Source of the DNA: an uncultured Chromatiales bacterium
Lineage (GTDB): Bacteria; Pseudomonadota; Gammaproteobacteria; Poriferisulfidales; Oxydemutatoraceae
DNA: 64,000 bases
Assembly: GCA_964347615.1 (NCBI GenBank)
Contig: CAYFZO010000001.1
Location: 61,559-125,558, forward strand
Direction of reading: 5' to 3'
Within the stretch, counting starts at the first letter, position 1; every line of letters starts with the position of its first letter. The notes beneath the pieces are model-generated. The model searched no databases, was not told where the DNA came from, and saw only the letters and a program-made list of their open reading frames with translations. Below, piece by piece: positions 12,507-22,063 of the stretch. Position numbers and translations under genes: made by a program.

Positions 12507-15500
12507 TCACAGACGCAACGCGTGCAGGTAATCCGGCGTCAGCGCCGCGGCGGCAAAAGGCGTGGCGACAAACACGTTGGCGCCGCTCAGGACTTGGCCG
12601 ACCTGCCTTTGAAACGGGCTCAGATCGGGCCTGACGTTGCCGGACTCGTCGTACCAATAGAAACTGTTGAGGTAATCATGCGGACCGGCGTAGGCTTCGA
12701 CAACGCGGTCCCACAATGAATCGGGCTGATAAGAAGCACCGAACACTTGTCCCGCCCCGCCCTGATGACCGCCGAACAGGCCCGGGGCGTCGCTTCCGAC
12801 GTCGTAACGTCTGCCGCCGAGCTTGAACCCGTCGCCGAAGAGGCCCGAGCTTAACCCGCCCGCGTTGTCGGGGTTCAGCAACGACTGCGTAATCATCGCC
12901 CGACGCATCACCGTAGCGGCGTAACGCAGACCACCCCATTGCAAGCCTGAAAGCGCCGCGTCGCGGAAGCTGCCGCCGGCGGCCGCGGCGGCGGCGCCGT
13001 TGATCGCGGCGGACGACAACGTTCGTTGCGGCGTCCAGCGCCCGCCCGAGGCGGCGCCCAACCCGCGCAAGGCACCGGCGCCGACGGCGTTCGCAAACAC
13101 TTCACGCAAGCCGCCGCCGGACAAAGCGCTGCTGACGCCACCCGACACCGCGCCGCCGAGTACCGCACCGCCGGACAAAGCACCGTTGTACGCGTTCATG
13201 TAAGCGCCGCTCCACATGCCGCCGGGAGACCACACCAACTTGGAGACCGCGGACTCGACGAACGTGTTCGTCGCCCAAGCGCCGGCGTAATAACCGACGG
13301 CCACCGCCGCGATCAAACGGGCGTTTCTCCTGACGAAGCGCACCGCTTTCTTGACCGCCCGCTTGATTCCCTTGAACACTTTCTTCAAGAAAAACCCGCT
13401 GGGGTCGGTGAATTTCATCGGGTTGTTCAACGCGTAGCTGTAACGGTTGTAACTTTGCACCGCCAAAGGCGACGGAACGTAAGGGTCGGGGCTCAGAAAA
13501 CGACCGGTGCGAGGGTCGTAGATGCGCCCGTTCATGTGCACCAAGCCGACTTCGTCGAGATGCTCGTGTCCGGTGAAACCTCGATTGACCAGAAGCGGCG
13601 GACGATCCGGACGGCGACGCCAATCGCTTGCGCGACGCTCGCCGAACGGCGTATAGCTCAGACGCTCAACGAGATTGCCCGCGGCGTCGGTGATCGCCGC
13701 GACCGAACCCAGCGCGTCGTGATGCACGTAGCGCAGGCGGCGGCTGACGCTTGCACCGTCCTCTTTCTCGTAACGCACGGCTATCAGCTTCTCGCCGGCG
13801 TAGATATAGTGGCGATGCTCGATTGCGCCGTCTTGCTTGAGCGTTTTTTCGTAAAACTTGCCGAAATAAAACGTGACGCCGCCGTCGGACGAGCGTTTTG
13901 ATATACGCCCGCCGTTCGCGTCGTAGGCGAACTCGAGACGCCCCCCGGCTTCGGTTTCGATGAATTCCGGCTTGCCGAACGAAAACCACCCGGCGCTGAG
14001 CTCGGGCGCGGCGATGAGATTGCCCGACGCGTCGTACTCGTAGGCGTCGTCGCCGATTTGCGTCGCGGCGTGAGGCCCTCCGGCGCCGCCGTAGCCGTAG
14101 ACGCCGACGCCGGAGCGTGAGACCAGATTACCGAGCTCATCGTAACGGTAAAAGCTGATTTTGTTGTAGTCGTCGTGTTCGTTCTCGCCAAGCACCACCG
14201 CCGCGGTGAGACGATCCAACTCGTCGTAGCCGAAGTGCTCCGATATTCCCCGGACGTGGTCGGTGTGACTGAGCAGATTGTCGGCCTCGTCGTAGTAATA
14301 AGTGAGATGGCGGACGGGGAAGTCTCCTCCGGCGTCGCTTCTGATCTCCTGGAGATAGCCGTTGCCGGCGTGGTAACGGAACCGGGTGCGCCACCCGTCG
14401 CCGGTAAGTTGCGACGAAACCCTGCCCACCGCGTCTTGCGCAAGCGTCCGCCAATAATGGACGGGTTCAACGACGGCAACCGCGGTCGGCGCGCGACGCA
14501 TCGTCGACAAACAACGCTGCACCTCGTCGAGCAGACGTTCGGAAAGTGCCATGCGCGCGTACATCTGCCGCCTGAGGTGCGTCCCGCCCGAGGTTTGCAG
14601 GCGCAGACGCACCGACGCTTCCGCGGCGTCCTGCAAGAAACCGCCGGCCCGCACCAACTTGACCGAGACCGTGCGTTCACAATACGCCGCCGACGCACCG
14701 CCGGGCGCCTCTTCCCTCAGACGGACGACGCCGCTTTCGAGCTCGTCGGCCGCGGCGTTCAAGCTGCGTGACAATTCCCCGTCGGTGCCCGTCGCCTCGA
14801 GCCGTGACGCCCACCGCCGGTAAAAAAGCGCACGCCTTTCATACTCTTCGGCCTTACCCCGGCGAAAGACCTCGGTTCGCATCTCACCGAGTGCGGAATC
14901 ACCGCTGAAATCGCCGGTTTCAAAAAACGGGCCGCGAATCGCCGACAGATAGCCGTGCCGGTTGTAGACCCGCTCGACGACGACGCCTCTGGGGTAATGA
15001 ATTTCGCCGAGGCGCCCCTTGTCGTAAACCATGCCGACGCTGTGTCCGCGGTTGTCGTCAATCGCTTTCAGCCGCCCGGCGTCGTCGTAGCGAAACCCGC
15101 GCACGTAGCCTCCGAAAGACTCCTGCGACAAGCGACCGACGCCGTATTCAGAGGCGTCGTAAAGCCAGCGAGCCGTACCCTCCGGCCCGGTGCGTTCGGT
15201 CAGACGGCCGAGACGGTCGTAGCGCATGCGTCTTTCGGAACCGTCGGCGACGGCGACAACGACGCGCCCGAACGAATCGTAGCTGAAGCGCTGCACCCCT
15301 TGTCCGGGACGGGCAACGCGCACCCGATTGCCGAAAGCGTCGTACTCCATCGAGGTTTCGTTACCGTGCGCGTCGCGCGCCTTGAGCAGCCGCCCCACCG
15401 GGTCGTACTCAAACGACATCTCCGCCTCCATCGGTTCGACCACGCTTACGATACGTCCGAGAGCGTCGCGCGTGATGACTTTGGGGCGTCCCAGCTCGTC

Positions 15501-18500
15501 GCTGTGCTCAACGGCCGAACCGCGGTAGTCAAACCGACGCGTCGTTACCGCACCGTCCACCAGCGGCGAACTTTCTTCGACGAGACGATCGAGGGCGTCG
15601 TAGCGGCGCTCGACCCAATCCACGGGTTCATCGGGGCGTCGCGGCAATGAAATCCGCGTGGTGCGACCGAGGCGGTCGTATTCCTGGTCTTCAAGCAACG
15701 CACGCCCGTCAAACCCGAGGGTCGAAATCCTTAACACCCGCCCCGAGGCGTCGTGAAAAACGCGCCGGAGCGGGCGCCCGGCGGTTTCCTCGATGACCGC
15801 GTAGACCGCAGCTTGCGGCGCGTTCTCGGGCAATCGGTAAGTACGCACGATCGTCGTCTGCATCCCGCCGGGACGACGCTCGCCAATCAATCTTCCCCAG
15901 CCGTCGTAACGGCGCCAAGTCGCCAAACCGTTGGCGTCAACGACCAACACCGCCCGCCCGAGGCGTTCGTCGTGAACGTAGGTCGCCGCGTGCCCCTCGG
16001 CATTGATTGTCCGCGTGACGAACCGGCCGGTTTCGTCATAGACCCGTCGTGAGACGACAACCGGCGCCCCCGCGGCGGCGGGTTCGGCGCGTTCGACGAT
16101 TAAGTTGCCGAAATCGTCGTACTCGTAGTGCCGGGTGACCGCCAGCGGTTCGCCGGGATGCACCGTTTGTTCCAGCAGGAACCCGGTGTCGGCCGCGTAC
16201 CGAGACATCGAAACCCGCGTGACGTCGGGATGAGAATCGTCGCCGTTCGTCACCTGCACCCGGACGCGACGGCCGAGCAACCATCGTTCGGGGTCGTTGA
16301 AGTACTCATGGCGCTCGAGCCGCGTGAAGCGTCGGTGCTGATCCTCGGTTATGGTTTCAACCCGACCGGGATTGCCGTATTCATCGTAGTCGGAAAACGA
16401 CGTTCCGACGGCCGACGTGAACGAGCCGTCCAACTCGTAGCGTCGCGACTCGGTGCGCGTCGGGCGGACGAACGTGGTTTTCCCGTCGTTGAGGAGGTGC
16501 GCGTCGTACTCGGTCCGCGACAAGGACAAGGTCGGCCCATGCAGGAGCGCGGTGCGCCGCTGCAATACCGAACCGAAATGCGGAAACCGTTGGGAATAGG
16601 TGGTGCGCGTCACAAGCCCGGTTTCGACGTCGTGTACCTCCCGCCACGCGAAACCGAGAAAGCCGAAGCCCGACGGATCGCTTCTTGCGGCACCGTAGCG
16701 ATAGCGCTCGACGCGACCTTTCCCGAAATCGGTCCCGGCGTCGGCCCCGAAATCGACCCCGGAACCGACGTTGGGGCCGGCATTGGAGAACGACGTCGCG
16801 GCGACCACCCAAAGCGGGGGCGGACGCCGAGACGCGGCAGGCGCGGCGTCCGCCGCAAGCTCGTGCACCCGCGCGGCGGACACGGGGGCATATCGGATTC
16901 GCAAGGCAAAACCCAATCCGTCGGTGATCGATTCCACCAGATTGCCGCGAGCGGGCGCGGTGTAGATCCGAGCCGTCCCCTGCCGTGCGTCTTCGACGCG
17001 GTAGACGTCGCTGACGCCGTCGCCGTCGAAATCGCCGAAGTGCACGCGTTCGACGCCCTTGATCCGCTCGTAGTCGGACCCGCCGAGGGCGATGACAAGG
17101 CCATCGCGCCGCCGCCACCCGTCTTGCGCCGCAAGATAAACGTCGTCGGGACGCAAGCCGCCCTGCAGATAGTAAAGGTCGCTCTTGCCGTCGCCGTTGA
17201 AGTCGCCCAATCTGACGCGCGAGAGGCTCAGCTGCAATCCTCCGCTGCCCGAAGTCTCCGGAAAAGCCGGTGCCGCAACGACCGTGTAACTCCCGTCGCC
17301 GCGAGAGAGATGAACTTCATCCGACGTGTCCGCGCCCGGCGTCGCATAGTAGACGTCGGTCAAACCGTCGCCGTTGAAGTCGCCGAGCTTGACCCTGAGC
17401 AACTGCGCGTCGCCCGAGTTGCGCAGGTTCAACCCCGTTTCGACGCCGTTCACACGGCGGTATTCGCCGGGCGCGACGGTCAGATAGACGTCGTCGGGAG
17501 CACCGACGCCTGAATCAAGGCTTCGGGCGGCGTCGTGAACGCGGTAGACGTCGCTGACGCCGTCGCCGTTGAAGTCGCCGACGCGAATGCGTCCGACCTG
17601 CGTCACCGCGCGCGATTCATTGCGGTCGGCGGCGCTTTCGACGCCGGCGACGCGTTCGTAGGCGCCGTCGCCGTCCGACAGATACACCTCGTCGGCGAGT
17701 GCCGTCGCGCCGTCGTGACGAATCCGGTACACGTCGGTGTTGCCGTCGCCGTTGAAGTCGCCGAACCGCAGGCAATCACGGTGGATACATCCCCGGGCGA
17801 CGGTGGGCGCGGCGGCCGTGCCGGAATCGACGCCCGGCACTTCCTCGAACGACAAGGAGCCTTGGTTCAAGCGAGTCAAGTACAGCGCGTCGCGCACGTG
17901 CCGATAGCGGAACTGATAGACGTCGGTCAAGCCGTCGCCGTTGAAGTCCGCAAAATGAAAATTCACCAAATCGTCGGCCTTTTTCACGTCGGTCCACGGC
18001 CCCGGCACGCTTTCGAAAGAGCCGTCGCCGTTGTTGATCTGTATCGCGTCGTAACCGCCGCCCGTGCCGTGAATCTCGTAGACGTCGGTCAGGCCGTCGC
18101 CGTTGAAGTCGCCCGGCCGATAGCGCCGATGCTCGCCCGCACGGTCGCCGAGGTGCAGGACTTCACCCCACGGGGACAACGTGAACTCAGGCGTTTCCCG
18201 CCATCTGAAGACGGTCGGGCGCAAGCAACTCCCGTCTCCCGCGCATTCGGTCACCGAAACCAAGCGGTCGGGAGAAACGCCGTCGGAAGCTGCATAGACA
18301 AGCCGGTATTCCCTGACCACCCGCCCGCCCGCTTTCGAGACCACTCGCCCGAGACGCTTGGTCAGCGCGAACTTCATGCCGGCGAGATACGCGACGGATG
18401 CATCGGTGCGCGGTTGATATTCGAACGCCACCGAGGCGGTGCCGTAATCCACCCGCGCGACGTGGCGTTCGTCGTCGAACTCGGCGTAGTGAACGTGCAT

Positions 18501-19151
18501 CGCGTTGCCTGCCCTGTCGGTAACCCGGCTCATCAGCCAGGAAAACACCCGCCCGTCATCTTCGATTCTCGCGTCGGCGCGCCCGCCGTAAGTGACGACG
18601 TTGCCTTCTTTCGTCCACGCCGTAAAGCCGTTCGCCGCTGCGTCGCCGTTCACCTCGATCTTGGTGAAGCTCTCGATGAGGGTGCGCAATTCACGGCTGT
18701 GCAACGGATTCTCGACACCGTCCACCGGCGTCAGGAAACGACCGTCAATGCAAAGACGATCGGCGTCGTCCATCTCCACCCGTCCTCTGGCGCCGTGTAA
18801 AGGCTCGATACCGGCGCAACGATGAATCGCGGACGAGCCCTCCATCGTCCATCCCGAGCCTAAGGAACCGTTGCCCGCGTGGCTGTTGTAGACCAACGCC
18901 AACGACGGTTGCAGCCCGCCCGCGCCGGGGGCGACGGTGATGGGAACGCGATACGTCGCGCCGCCTTGCTGATCCACCTCGAAAGACGCCGCCACGGCGC
19001 CGACGGCGAACGTCGTTCGGGGCTGCGCACCCGCCGCCTGCGCCAGCGCGATGAGCAGAGACAGTACTGTCGCCGCGGGCGGCCCCACGGACAACCCCAC
19101 GGGCGACAATCCGCCGCGCCGGCGCGAACCGCAACACCCGGCGCTTTTCAT
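12507..19151 (-). CDS. giant secreted SpvB / FG-GAP / RHS-repeat protein (fused TcB-TcC-like toxin shell) with unknown C-terminal domain
   Basis: 2214 aa. The N-terminus looks like a Sec signal (..LLIALAQAAGAQP). An SpvB-like block follows (GGATYRVPITVAPGAGGLQPSLALVYNS..GSGWT). Seven DFNGDG(L/V/K)(T/S)DVY FG-GAP/VCBS-type repeats come next, then many YD/RHS repeats (YDxxGR). The RHS core ends at GRIYDPRTGRFLSPDP...YALNNPMKFTDPSGF, followed by a 294-aa tail. Confidence 0.9.
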   Translation of the reverse strand: MKSAGCCGSRRRGGLSPVGLSVGPPAATVLSLLIALAQAAGAQPRTTFAVGAVAASFEVDQQGGATYRVPITVAPGAGGLQPSLALVYNSHAGNGSLGSGWTMEGSSAIHRCAGIEPLHGARGRVEMDDADRLCIDGRFLTPVDGVENPLHSRELRTLIESFTKIEVNGDAAANGFTAWTKEGNVVTYGGRADARIEDDGRVFSWLMSRVTDRAGNAMHVHYAEFDDERHVARVDYGTASVAFEYQPRTDASVAYLAGMKFALTKRLGRVVSKAGGRVVREYRLVYAASDGVSPDRLVSVTECAGDGSCLRPTVFRWRETPEFTLSPWGEVLHLGDRAGEHRRYRPGDFNGDGLTDVYEIHGTGGGYDAIQINNGDGSFESVPGPWTDVKKADDLVNFHFADFNGDGLTDVYQFRYRHVRDALYLTRLNQGSLSFEEVPGVDSGTAAAPTVARGCIHRDCLRFGDFNGDGNTDVYRIRHDGATALADEVYLSDGDGAYERVAGVESAADRNESRAVTQVGRIRVGDFNGDGVSDVYRVHDAARSLDSGVGAPDDVYLTVAPGEYRRVNGVETGLNLRNSGDAQLLRVKLGDFNGDGLTDVYYATPGADTSDEVHLSRGDGSYTVVAAPAFPETSGSGGLQLSLSRVRLGDFNGDGKSDLYYLQGGLRPDDVYLAAQDGWRRRDGLVIALGGSDYERIKGVERVHFGDFDGDGVSDVYRVEDARQGTARIYTAPARGNLVESITDGLGFALRIRYAPVSAARVHELAADAAPAASRRPPPLWVVAATSFSNAGPNVGSGVDFGADAGTDFGKGRVERYRYGAARSDPSGFGFLGFAWREVHDVETGLVTRTTYSQRFPHFGSVLQRRTALLHGPTLSLSRTEYDAHLLNDGKTTFVRPTRTESRRYELDGSFTSAVGTSFSDYDEYGNPGRVETITEDQHRRFTRLERHEYFNDPERWLLGRRVRVQVTNGDDSHPDVTRVSMSRYAADTGFLLEQTVHPGEPLAVTRHYEYDDFGNLIVERAEPAAAGAPVVVSRRVYDETGRFVTRTINAEGHAATYVHDERLGRAVLVVDANGLATWRRYDGWGRLIGERRPGGMQTTIVRTYRLPENAPQAAVYAVIEETAGRPLRRVFHDASGRVLRISTLGFDGRALLEDQEYDRLGRTTRISLPRRPDEPVDWVERRYDALDRLVEESSPLVDGAVTTRRFDYRGSAVEHSDELGRPKVITRDALGRIVSVVEPMEAEMSFEYDPVGRLLKARDAHGNETSMEYDAFGNRVRVARPGQGVQRFSYDSFGRVVVAVADGSERRMRYDRLGRLTERTGPEGTARWLYDASEYGVGRLSQESFGGYVRGFRYDDAGRLKAIDDNRGHSVGMVYDKGRLGEIHYPRGVVVERVYNRHGYLSAIRGPFFETGDFSGDSALGEMRTEVFRRGKAEEYERRALFYRRWASRLEATGTDGELSRSLNAAADELESGVVRLREEAPGGASAAYCERTVSVKLVRAGGFLQDAAEASVRLRLQTSGGTHLRRQMYARMALSERLLDEVQRCLSTMRRAPTAVAVVEPVHYWRTLAQDAVGRVSSQLTGDGWRTRFRYHAGNGYLQEIRSDAGGDFPVRHLTYYYDEADNLLSHTDHVRGISEHFGYDELDRLTAAVVLGENEHDDYNKISFYRYDELGNLVSRSGVGVYGYGGAGGPHAATQIGDDAYEYDASGNLIAAPELSAGWFSFGKPEFIETEAGGRLEFAYDANGGRISKRSSDGGVTFYFGKFYEKTLKQDGAIEHRHYIYAGEKLIAVRYEKEDGASVSRRLRYVHHDALGSVAAITDAAGNLVERLSYTPFGERRASDWRRRPDRPPLLVNRGFTGHEHLDEVGLVHMNGRIYDPRTGRFLSPDPYVPSPLAVQSYNRYSYALNNPMKFTDPSGFFLKKVFKGIKRAVKKAVRFVRRNARLIAAVAVGYYAGAWATNTFVESAVSKLVWSPGGMWSGAYMNAYNGALSGGAVLGGAVSGGVSSALSGGGLREVFANAVGAGALRGLGAASGGRWTPQRTLSSAAINGAAAAAAGGSFRDAALSGLQWGGLRYAATVMRRAMITQSLLNPDNAGGLSSGLFGDGFKLGGRRYDVGSDAPGLFGGHQGGAGQVFGASYQPDSLWDRVVEAYAGPHDYLNSFYWYDESGNVRPDLSPFQRQVGQVLSGANVFVATPFAAAALTPDYLHALRL

Positions 19152-19591
19152 CGGGAAACGGCCTCGGCGGACGTCGAGGGACGCAGCTCGCGCAGGCGCG
19201 ATTGCGCCGACTGAAAACGCACCTCGAGGACGTCGAGCGACAACAACGCCGAGGCGGCGACTTCCTCCAAGCCGGAGCGAAGAACGTGGGCGTCGGTCCC
19301 GGCAACCAGGCGATCGAGGCGGCGAATCAGTACCTCGGGGTCGAACGCCTCGACCGAAGCATCGCCGGCGTCGACGCTCTCGTCGTCGCCCTCGGCAGCG
19401 GCGGCGGGTTGCGTCGTCTCGCTCGACGTCTCCTTTTCAGCGTCGCCCCCGTCCGACGATCCTTTCGAACAAGCGACCAGACAAGCAGCGAGGCAAGCGA
19501 CGAGGCAGACGCCAAGCGCCGACACGGACAAGTGCCGTTCGTTCAAGCGCCCGACGCGACGGGGCGATCTTATGCGTATTGTCTCGGACAT
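19148..19591 (-). CDS. lipoprotein of unknown function, translationally coupled to the RHS gene
   Basis: Lipobox LVAC|S follows a hydrophobic stretch. The product has an acidic linker and a helical C-terminal half. Its stop overlaps the RHS start (ATGA at 19148-19151). Confidence 0.6.
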   Translation of the reverse strand: MSETIRIRSPRRVGRLNERHLSVSALGVCLVACLAACLVACSKGSSDGGDAEKETSSETTQPAAAAEGDDESVDAGDASVEAFDPEVLIRRLDRLVAGTDAHVLRSGLEEVAASALLSLDVLEVRFQSAQSRLRELRPSTSAEAVSR

Positions 19592-19834
19592 TTGCGTGCA
19601 ACCGGGTTGCGGGCGGCAACCTAAGGCACACGGAGCCGTCGCGACGCGAAATATCGCCGAACGGTATCAAGCAGCCGATAAAGGCGTCGGGGGCGGGGAT
19701 AGGAAAGCTGTCACCGGGGTGACAAGCCCCGAGCTGACGCAGGTTCGGCGACTGCCCGCTCGGGCAGCCTGACCGCTTTGTCGACCGGGTCGCGCCGGGA
19801 TTGCGACGTCCGACGCAGACGAGCCGACCTAAGC

Positions 19835-19910
<76 letters not shown>

Positions 19911-19925
19911 TCGGAAGAGTGACGC

Positions 19926-19954
19926 ATTGTAGCTAAGAACCGCGAAAATTTCAA
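19926..19954 (-). promoter_or_regulatory. sigma70-type promoter for tRNA-fMet
   Basis: The minus strand reads TTGAAA, a 17-nt spacer, then TACAAT. The -10 ends 15 nt before the mature tRNA 5' end. Confidence 0.6.
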
Positions 19955-20000
19955 AAACCCGACCCGCCCGACGCGGGACGTGCGCCGCCGAGCAAAACGC

Positions 20001-20579
20001 TCAGGCTTCCTCGAGCAGGCGTACGACCGCTTTCTCTACCCGCCGTGCACGAGCGTCGCCGGAATGGGTCTCTCCGAAAAAGACGGAACGTATGAAGCCG
20101 CGTTTGTCAATAAGATAAAACGCCGGCCAGTAACGATTGTTCATCGCTCGCCAGTAGGAAAAGTCGTTGTCCATCATCACCGGATGCCGCAGACCGAATT
20201 CCGCGGTTTTCTCGACGACGCTCGAGCGAACTCTTTCATGGTCGAACTCGGGAGTGTGGACACCGATGACGCGAAGCCCTCGACTTTGGTAATTCGCTTC
20301 CAGCTCTTTCAACCACGGAAACGAGCGGTAACAGTTCCAGCAACCGAAAGTCCAAAAATCGATCAAAACAACGTTGCCGCGCAAGTCGGCCAGCGTCAAC
20401 GGCGGCGAATTGATCCATTCGTCGGGTGAGCGGTGAGTGAATTCAGGCGCTTTGCGCGGCTGGTTCAAGTCCCCCGAACGAGGGTCGCCGAAAGTGCCTC
20501 CCGACACCGTGAAAAGCACCGCACCGAACATGAGCAGGGCGGCGATCCCGTAACCGATGATGGGCCTTCGAGACATCAC
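20001..20579 (-). CDS. thioredoxin-like / redoxin family protein (TlpA/DipZ C-terminal type), membrane anchored
   Basis: N-terminal TM helix and the FWTFGCWNCYRSFPWL CxxC motif. Confidence 0.75.
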   Translation of the reverse strand: MMSRRPIIGYGIAALLMFGAVLFTVSGGTFGDPRSGDLNQPRKAPEFTHRSPDEWINSPPLTLADLRGNVVLIDFWTFGCWNCYRSFPWLKELEANYQSRGLRVIGVHTPEFDHERVRSSVVEKTAEFGLRHPVMMDNDFSYWRAMNNRYWPAFYLIDKRGFIRSVFFGETHSGDARARRVEKAVVRLLEEA

Positions 20580-20711
20580 AAGCTCCTTCTTCGAAACACT
20601 CGCCGGCGTATTCTACAAGCTGCGGACGACCGGAGGGCCGTCAGGAAACAATCCATCTTAAGCACCGCATCCGCCGACGACGCTGAACGACCCGCACCTG
20701 CAATCCGAGGC

Positions 20712-21998
20712 CTATCCCGTCCCTCGGCGTATTCGGCGCTGCAAAGCCCTGACCCGACGCAGCACCGCCCGTGGCGACACCTTGACGAAATCCCGCCTGG
20801 GTTCGGCCCGTGCCCATCCGTGCAGATGCTCGGTGTGTTTTTTTTGCCATACTTCACTGGCGTACTCCCGTCTTGGATTGAGATTTATCCATCGGCGGTA
20901 ATGAACGCCGCCGTTGACGGCCACGGGATAAAAAGTCGTGAAGTAATGCTCTTTCAGAAACCACAGAGGGAACAGTTCCAGCAAAGCGGCGTTTTCAGGC
21001 AGCAACGCGGCGTAGCCGAGCGCCGCCCCGTGCATCCCGATAAGCACGTCGGTTTCACCGACCAGCCTCAGCTGTTCCCTGACCGGCAACTGCTCCAACC
21101 GTACCGCGCGCACCTCGGCGACCGGAAAGTTCTTGCGTAAAACCTCGACTATCTCATCCTCATTGCTGATCTTTCTGGTCAACACGTTCAGTCCGTAATA
21201 CACCTTGTAATCCTGACGGGAAACCAGCGTGATCCTGTTCACGTCTTCACTGCGCCGTCTGGGAGGAAGATCAAAAGCCGGAAGCATATACCGTCGCAAC
21301 AACGCCGATGCATCGCCGTGCTGCCATCCTTGTTGCATGCCGAGAACAAGGCATGAGAATTTGCGGAACAGATGTACGCCGTGCAGATCCCTGAAGTGAC
21401 AAACGTTAAACAACCTCTCTGCGACCTCGTTCAGCGTTCCGTCTCGCGGAACGTGGTTGGAAAAAAGCAAGGTGACGCTTGCCGGATCCACGTTTAAACG
21501 TTCCAAGCAATGCAACAGCCTGTATATTTGGCGCAATAAGAGCGCGGGGTTCAAGCCGTCGGGAATATCAAGAAACACCGTTTCTTCCTGATGGACGACG
21601 TCGGCGACGGGCGGCTTTCCTTGCGCCGGCGTCCAGGCGCTGAGTTTGCCTCCCCCGACCGGTAAATTCCGTCCCTGAGGCGGATTGACCATATCTCCCA
21701 CGCGCAAAAAACCCCTTTTGAAATAACGGCGATTCCTCCTTTCACTCCCGTCGGGCTTTTCATCCCTTTCACATAAGTTGAAATCCATAATCGCGTCTTC
21801 GCACCGCATGAAGTCGCCGTAATGCAACGCGGTGCCGTTGAACCATCGCTTCGGCTCCGCTAAAGGCGGAGGCTGCCGCACCTTAAGCAAGCGCAGGTCG
21901 AACAAGGGAATGAGCAACCGATTCTCCAAGCCCGTGACAACCACGTTGATCAGACTCCGCAGGAATACGGCGCCGGTTCCGGATTTTTTCAGTTTCAT
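20712..21998 (-). CDS. glycosyltransferase family 61-like (DUF563) protein
   Basis: The C-terminal block ...VLIGMHGAALGYAALLPENAALLELFP resembles the GT61/DUF563 signature. The gene is visibly AT-richer than its neighbours. Start is uncertain (ATG 21998 or GTG 22049), and neither has a clear SD. Confidence 0.6.
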   Translation of the reverse strand: MKLKKSGTGAVFLRSLINVVVTGLENRLLIPLFDLRLLKVRQPPPLAEPKRWFNGTALHYGDFMRCEDAIMDFNLCERDEKPDGSERRNRRYFKRGFLRVGDMVNPPQGRNLPVGGGKLSAWTPAQGKPPVADVVHQEETVFLDIPDGLNPALLLRQIYRLLHCLERLNVDPASVTLLFSNHVPRDGTLNEVAERLFNVCHFRDLHGVHLFRKFSCLVLGMQQGWQHGDASALLRRYMLPAFDLPPRRRSEDVNRITLVSRQDYKVYYGLNVLTRKISNEDEIVEVLRKNFPVAEVRAVRLEQLPVREQLRLVGETDVLIGMHGAALGYAALLPENAALLELFPLWFLKEHYFTTFYPVAVNGGVHYRRWINLNPRREYASEVWQKKHTEHLHGWARAEPRRDFVKVSPRAVLRRVRALQRRIRRGTG

Positions 21999-22063
21999 CA
22001 CAAGGAGGGCGGAATACCGTTGACGATTCTGTCCCCGCGAAAGCGGCACGGCGCGGGGAGCGT

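Noticed and set aside
19751-19766. GC-rich inverted repeat ctgcccg..cgggcag just downstream of tRNA-fMet as its terminator.
   Set aside because: No T-tract follows it on the minus strand, so it cannot be called an intrinsic terminator from sequence alone.
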